NCBI GenBank assembly: GCA_000175855.1
Contig: ACYB01000045.1
Location: 1 to 5,796 of the forward strand
Source of the DNA: Raphidiopsis brookii D9
GTDB lineage: Bacteria; Cyanobacteriota; Cyanobacteriia; Cyanobacteriales; Nostocaceae
Length of the DNA: 5,796 nt
Direction: 5' to 3'
Shown here: positions 1-5,704 of the stretch, piece by piece
Layout of the letters: each line of letters begins with the position of its first letter
Position numbering within the stretch: position 1 is the stretch's first letter
Notes under the pieces: model-generated
The model's input: only the letters and a program-made list of their open reading frames with translations
What the model was told of the DNA's origin: nothing
Database searches by the model: none
Program-made: the position numbers and the translations under genes

Positions 1-186
1 TTTTTTAGTAGCTTCTCAGTCTGCTGCTCCTGGTTACGCCCGTCAAACTTCTAGCTCATGGTGGGCATGGCGAGTTCCAGGGGGGAAGGGTGGATTGGGG
101 ATTTACGGTTTGAGAAAGAGCAGTTATTACTCCTTGCACGCTTTATAATCACCCTGTTATTTTCCTAGAATTAAGGATAATATTAC

Positions 187-213
187 CTATAGATGTAAAT
201 AACTATAGCTATT
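187..213. promoter_or_regulatory. Candidate operator/promoter region of the AbiEi/AbiEii operon
   Basis: Palindrome CTATAG occurs at 187-192 and 203-208, 16 bp apart. The second copy sits in an extended imperfect palindrome AATA-a-CTATAG-c-TATT (198-213), just upstream of the ATG at 221. AbiEi-type antitoxins are known autoregulators. Confidence 0.3.
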
Positions 214-220
214 ATTATCC

Positions 221-844
221 ATGAATAAAGGCAAGGTAGCCGAAACAGCTTCTGAGCGAGCGGTGCGCCTCATCAAGAAGAAGGGAACAACTATTATTAG
301 GACTGCACAGGCACTCCAGGTTGGTATCCATCCACGCACGCTCTATCAGCTTAGAGATAATGGGGTCTTAGAACAAGTATCACGCGGCGTTTACCGCCTA
401 TCGGAGCAGCCGTATTTCTCTCAGCCAGATCTGGTGACTGTTGCACTACGTATCCCTAAGGGAATTATCTGCTTAGTTTCCGCGCTGGCTTTCCACGAAC
501 TCACCACCCAGATCCCTCATACCGTTTCAATAGCACTAGCCAAAGGGGCACAATCTCCAAGAATAGATTACCCACCTGTTTCTGTTCATCGCTTCTCAGG
601 TGCGAGCCTTAAAACGGGGATAGAGGTCTATGAGATCGATGAGGTACCTATTCGGATCTACAGTGCAGAAAAAACACTGGCAGACTGCTTTAAGTTCCGA
701 AACAAGCTGGGTATGGATGTCGTTCTTGAGGCTCTAAAGCTCTACAAGACACGGAAGAAATTCAACCCCCGGCAGCTTATTGAATATGCCAGAATCTGCC
801 GGGTTGAGGCAGCGATGAAACCCTACCTAGAGGTACTGGTATGA
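221..844 (+). CDS. Type IV toxin-antitoxin system AbiEi-family antitoxin (207 aa)
   Basis: Complete ORF. The N-terminal winged-helix-like region (TIIRTAQALQVGIHPRTLYQLRDNGVLEQVSRGVYRL), the central VTVALRIPKGIICLVSALAFHELTTQIPH and the IRIYSAEKTLADCFKFRNKLGMDVVLEALKLY region are characteristic of AbiEi-like antitoxins. It overlaps the next ORF by ATGA, as is typical of AbiEi/AbiEii operons. Confidence 0.88.
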   Translation: MNKGKVAETASERAVRLIKKKGTTIIRTAQALQVGIHPRTLYQLRDNGVLEQVSRGVYRLSEQPYFSQPDLVTVALRIPKGIICLVSALAFHELTTQIPHTVSIALAKGAQSPRIDYPPVSVHRFSGASLKTGIEVYEIDEVPIRIYSAEKTLADCFKFRNKLGMDVVLEALKLYKTRKKFNPRQLIEYARICRVEAAMKPYLEVLV

Positions 845-1050
845 GTGCGAAAAACCTCAAAAATATCTCTGCTTCTGTCCGTCAACGTCTTCTAAACAGG
901 GCGAAAGATGAACAGCGGCCATTTAGCGAGCTACTTCAGTACTATGCGATGGAACGCTTCCTGTACCGAATGTCGCAATCTCCTCATGCTGACAGGTTCA
1001 TTCTCAAGGGGGCGCTGATGCTCAGAGCATGGCACTCGACCGAATTCCGT
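841..1050 (+). pseudogene. AbiEii/AbiGii-family nucleotidyltransferase toxin, 5' fragment only (truncated)
   Basis: MSAKNLKNISASVRQRLLNRAKDEQRPFSELLQYYAMERFLYRMSQSPHADRFILKGALMLRAW matches the N-terminal pattern of AbiEii toxins. The expected following nucleotidyltransferase motif (R-P-T-x-D-I/L-D) is absent and the frame becomes unrelated sequence, ending at 1134 after only 97 aa. Confidence 0.82.
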
Positions 1051-1130
1051 TTAAATGTGAAAAATGTCGAAAACTCTTTAGTGAAGATTTGGATTTTGTG
1101 GGCAAGAACATATACTAGAGCTGTTGGGAA
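1050..1130 (+). mobile_element. Probable transposase remnant (ISL3-like zinc-finger region fragment)
   Basis: The frame starting at 1050 reads FKCEKCRKLFSEDLDFVGKNIY*. The adjacent frame continues RTYTRAV after an apparent frameshift. The CxxC...F(S/N)E.LDFV...YTR pattern resembles the N-terminal zinc-binding region of ISL3-family transposases. No terminal repeats were identified. Confidence 0.45.
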
Positions 1131-1257
1131 ATAAAAGCATATTTTTTGGACGACAGAACTTCCCCCATCCTGATTGAATTTATGCTGCATCCAAATAGAA
1201 GTTCCATAGCCCTGCAACGACCAACATTAAGTGATCATCAAAATGGATAGCTTTTGA

Positions 1258-4200
1258 GTTTCCATTAATTCCACTTCCTAGATGAAAGCGGACACTTTGT
1301 ATGGGTTTATTCTTACATGCTGAGCTTCACTAGTTTCCATTAATTCCACTTCCTAGATGAAAGCGGACCCATTTGATGAATGGGAGATATTCACTCTAGA
1401 CTACCATTTGTTTCCATTAATTCCACTTCCTAGATGAAAGCGGACTACTCTAGTTAAGTTCTTTGAAGGCTTAAAATTATCTAGGTTTCCATTAATTCCA
1501 CTTCCTAGATGAAAGCGGACATAGATTCGTCCTCTTTAATGTTACTGTGGATGCCATAAAGTTTCCATTAATTCCACTTCCTAGATGAAAGCGGACAGCT
1601 GCTTATTATGCCAGCGTGATAATTCACAATTTAGCGTTTCCATTAATTCCACTTCCTAGATGAAAGCGGACGATAATGCAATTAATGATTATACCTCAGC
1701 TATTAGGTTTCCATTAATTCCACTTCCTAGATGAAAGCGGACTTGATGAGGATCAGGACGTGATCCGCCAGGCGATCGCACGTTTCCATTAATTCCACTT
1801 CCTAGATGAAAGCGGACACACTTCCGGAAAAACTGAGAGAGTTACATAATCCCGTTTCCATTAATTCCACTTCCTAGATGAAAGCGGACCTGATTTGAGC
1901 AATGCTAATTTGAGCAATGCTAATTTGCGCAGTTTCCATTAATTCCACTTCCTAGATGAAAGCGGACTTGCCTACATTCATAATATAAACTACCACTCAA
2001 ATAGTTTCCATTAATTCCACTTCCTAGATGAAAGCGGACTAATCTGACAAAGCATTGGGAAAAATGCAATTTAACAGGAGGTTTCCATTAATTCCACTTC
2101 CTAGATGAAAGCGGTACTTTTTTTGCCTCCCTCCTTAAATTATCGACCTCTTTGTTTACCTTTTGGTTTGTTTCCATTAATTCCACTTCCTAGATGAAAG
2201 CGGACCGTAAAGTTTGTATTCCTTGTAGACACCAGCGTTAGGTTTCCATTAATTCCACTTCCTAGATGAAAGCGGACTGGTAGAATCTAGCCCAGGAATA
2301 GATTATCGTTTAGCTGTTTCCATTAATTCCACTTCCTAGATGAAAGCGGACATATTTTTCTGCTGTCCAGAAACAAAAAGTACCATGAATGTTTCCATTA
2401 ATTCCACTTCCTAGATGAAAGCGGACTTCTCCTGTATTCTCTGTACCTCTCTTAGAAAGGTCGTTTCCATTAATTCCACTTCCTAGATGAAAGCGGACAA
2501 AACTGTAGCCATTCTTTGTTCCAAGATAGAATTTCATGTTTCCATTAATTCCACTTCCTAGATGAAAGCGGACTTAGTGGGGTTCATTTTAAGAGGATAG
2601 AAGCGAGGTGGAGTTTCCATTAATTCCACTTCCTAGATGAAAGCGGACAAGAGACTTCATTCAATGATAAGTGGGTGCATTTAAAGTTTCCATTAATTCC
2701 ACTTCCTAGATGAAAGCGGACTTGGGAGGATGTCAAGGAAAATATTGTCATCTTTATGTTTCCATTAATTCCACTTCCTAGATGAAAGCGGACTGGGGAA
2801 AAATACCCCACTTAAATTCACACCTTTTAAATTGTTTCCATTAATTCCACTTCCTAGATGAAAGCGGACACTAATAGATAAAAATCCAGCTGTTGTGTTT
2901 TGATAGTTTCCATTAATTCCACTTCCTAGATGAAAGCGGACAAGGATTTACTTGAAACGGTTATTCCCCGGGGGAACGGGGGGTTTCCATTAATTCCACT
3001 TCCTAGATGAAAGCGGACTTGAAGGGAAGAAGAGAGGGGTTGGAATTGCTTATAGGGTTTCCATTAATTCCACTTCCTAGATGAAAGCGGACTATGCCTC
3101 TAAACTAGGGTTGGTCCCAAGTAATGAAGTTTCCATTAATTCCACTTCCTAGATGAAAGCGGACATTCTGTATTACCAGTAATATTGGTAGCGACTCAAG
3201 TTGCGTTTCCATTAATTCCACTTCCTAGATGAAAGCGGACATGATCTTTGAGCTACATAGTGGCAAAAAGGGATGGTCAAGTTTCCATTAATTCCACTTC
3301 CTAGATGAAAGCGGACCCCTTTATGTTCACTAAGGGGGTAGGATTGTTTTCTGTTTCCATTAATTCCACTTCCTAGATGAAAGCGGACACTTTAACCTAG
3401 ACTTTAATACCCGAATGAAAAAACTCGTTTCCATTAATTCCACTTCCTAGATGAAAGCGGACTGATAGTGAGATGAAATGAGCGCCATTTAGCGAGTGAG
3501 ATGTTTCCATTAATTCCACTTCCTAGATGAAAGCGGACACGAGGAACTACCATGAATAAAGATGAAAAGAGAAGTTTCCATTAATTCCACTTCCTAGATG
3601 AAAGCGGACTAAGCAATGCCGATTTATCAAATGCTAACCTACAAGTTTCCATTAATTCCACTTCCTAGATGAAAGCGGACCGTATTTGGCGGTGGAGAGA
3701 AATACATTCATTTGTATTTGTTTCCATTAATTCCACTTCCTAGATGAAAGCGGACTGTCACTAGCTGTGTATTGACTTTTAAAGTTGATTACGTTTCCAT
3801 TAATTCCACTTCCTAGATGAAAGCGGACCGCATTGCTGCTCTGATAGAGCAGCAATGTTAGAGGGTTTCCATTAATTCCACTTCCTAGATGAAAGCGGAC
3901 GTCATACGAATTTAAATAATAGCGCATTCTATGAATGTTTCCATTAATTCCACTTCCTAGATGAAAGCGGACACTAGAAATAGGGGGTAAATTGTTACTA
4001 TATAGAGAAGGTTTCCATTAATTCCACTTCCTAGATGAAAGCGGACATCCCGAGATGTTTTGGCAAGAGCCAACCATTGAACGTTTCCATTAATTCCACT
4101 TCCTAGATGAAAGCGGACCCCTTTCAAGAGTAATTGTCTTAGAAGATGTAGACAGTTTCCATTAATTCCACTTCCTAGATGAAAGCGGACTATTTATTAC

Positions 4201-5447
4201 GAAAATTTAAAAGTTTCAGCTCCAGGGGTTTCCATTAATTCCACTTCCTAGATGAAAGCGGACAGTAATGGAGAGGTGCCGGACAAACTCAAGAATGCCA
4301 TGTTTCCATTAATTCCACTTCCTAGATGAAAGCGGACTTTCTCAATTTGGTACAGAGTTCTTAGTAACTCAAGTAGGAAGTTTCCATTAATTCCACTTCC
4401 TAGATGAAAGCGGACTTACTGTTCTTTTTAAAGAACAGTAGTTCTTTTTTGAAAGCGTTTCCATTAATTCCACTTCCTAGATGAAAGCGGACCGGTAAAA
4501 TGACCGTCAGCGACTACCACATGCTGGCCCTTGCTGGCGTGTTTCCATTAATTCCACTTCCTAGATGAAAGCGGACTGAGAATATGAAATTAGACTGTTA
4601 CACAGTATTCACGTTTCCATTAATTCCACTTCCTAGATGAAAGCGGACAAGTGATAGCTGTGGTAACTGACACAGACTTCCAGCTGAGTTTCCATTAATT
4701 CCACTTCCTAGATGAAAGCGGACCATAATAACGGAGACTCTAATGTATTAACTGTTAGTAGTTTCCATTAATTCCACTTCCTAGATGAAAGCGGACTTTT
4801 ACTAATACACGATCTCCAGCAACTAATGCAACGTTTCCATTAATTCCACTTCCTAGATGAAAGCGGACTCCGAGGAGGAAAATAATGTATCTATTCTATG
4901 TTCAAAGTTTCCATTAATTCCACTTCCTAGATGAAAGCGGACACTACGTTCTGAATGTACTTGACTTTATAATTCAGTTTCCATTAATTCCACTTCCTAG
5001 ATGAAAGCGGACGTGAGGCTAAAGCACAAAAGCAGCACTAAGCGTGGGAGTTTCCATTAATTCCACTTCCTAGATGAAAGCGGACCGAGGTAACTGAAAC
5101 TAAACTAAAAGTGTCAACAAAGTTTCCATTAATTCCACTTCCTAGATGAAAGCGGACCAGACGCAACTCTTTTAACTTTTCTTCCAAACATAGTTGTTTC
5201 CATTAATTCCACTTCCTAGATGAAAGCGGACAAATTAATCAACCCCCTATACCAGCTGGGCAAGATAGGGGTTTCCATTAATTCCACTTCCTAGATGAAA
5301 GCGGACCAAGCAAAAAACCTCCATGAGGAGGTGGACTTCTTAGTTTCCATTAATTCCACTTCCTAGATGAAAGCGGACAGCAGATTAAAACAATAATTAT
5401 TGTGTCTAGTGGTTTCCATTAATTCCACTTCCTAGATGAAAGCGGAC
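1258..5447 (-). CRISPR. CRISPR array, 57 repeats and 56 spacers. Plus-strand repeat GTTTCCATTAATTCCACTTCCTAGATGAAAGCGGAC; likely crRNA-sense repeat GTCCGCTTTCATCTAGGAAGTGGAATTAATGGAAAC
   Basis: 36-nt repeat copies run from 1258-1293 to 5412-5447, all read as identical except the copy at 2081-2116 (...GCGGTA). Spacers are unique, 33-53 nt. The repeat total (57 x 36 = 2052) plus the summed spacers (2138) equals 4190 nt, the exact span. The orientation is inferred from repeat folding, the handle-like 3' end and the flanks. Confidence 0.99.
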
Positions 5448-5493
5448 CCCTCCATTTTAAACCCTTACTCTGTCTACTGTCTAGACCCTCTTT

Positions 5494-5626
5494 CCGAAGG
5501 TCAGAAAAAAAAATCCCATTTCAGCTTCTTATACACTCTTAAAACATACCTCAAATCCTTATGGGACAAGGGACCGAGGTTCCCGACGATTTTACTAGCG
5601 TTCCAGCCTTTTTCTTTGACCTTCGG
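5494..5626. repeat. Leader-internal long-range inverted repeat CCGAAGGTCA / TGACCTTCGG
   Basis: CCGAAGGTCA at 5494-5503 and its exact reverse complement at 5617-5626. Inner A-rich and T-rich flanks extend the pairing with few mismatches. Confidence 0.7.
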
Positions 5627-5676
5627 TTTTTTTTCGTGATTCACTGCTTTTATTGTCATATTTATTTCTCTTTCTA

Positions 5677-5704
5677 TTATTACATTAACTACAAAATTTT
5701 TCAA
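5677..5704 (-). promoter_or_regulatory. Candidate sigma70-like promoter directed toward the array
   Basis: On the minus strand: TTGAAA (complement of 5699-5704), 16-nt spacer, TAATAA (complement of 5677-5682). The sequence is AT-rich, so chance matches are likely. Confidence 0.25.

Noticed and set aside
2-148. Open plus-strand frame FLVASQSAAPGYARQTSSSWWAWRVPGG... ending at TAA 146-148
   Set aside because: Could be the 3' end of an upstream gene, but it is short, truncated by the window edge and unrecognisable.
984-1217. 77-aa minus-strand ORF
   Set aside because: Antisense to the toxin and IS-like remnants, with no recognisable family features.
1137-1247. Open frame AYFLDDRTSPILIEFMLHPNRSSIALQRPTLSDHQNG
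   Set aside because: Open but short, without a credible start or recognisable motif. It could be a rearrangement leftover but is not supportable as a gene.
1201-1257. GTTCCAT near the array considered as a degenerate CRISPR repeat
   Set aside because: Only about 7 nt resemble the repeat start, and the distance of 57 nt to repeat 1 does not fit the roughly 74-nt unit.
2310-2537. Minus-strand ORF with repeated VRFHLGSGINGN peptide
   Set aside because: It is a translation of CRISPR repeats and spacers; the repeat is 36 nt with no stop in this frame, giving spurious periodic ORFs.
2620-2811. Minus-strand ORF containing RFHLGSGINGN
   Set aside because: Same CRISPR-repeat artefact.
3727-3927. 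Minus-strand ORF containing RFHLGSGINGN
   Set aside because: Same CRISPR-repeat artefact.
5567-5585. CAAGGGACCGAGGTTCCC considered as a local hairpin
   Set aside because: The pairing GGGA/TCCC is only 4 bp before mismatches, too weak to call.
5436-5639. 67-aa plus-strand ORF
   Set aside because: Starts inside the last CRISPR repeat, covers the leader, and has no recognisable domain.
5501-5704. 67-aa minus-strand ORF (MKNFVVNVIIEREINMTIKAVN...)
   Set aside because: Begins with TTG, is lysine-rich as expected of AT-rich DNA, overlaps the probable leader, and matches no family I recognise.
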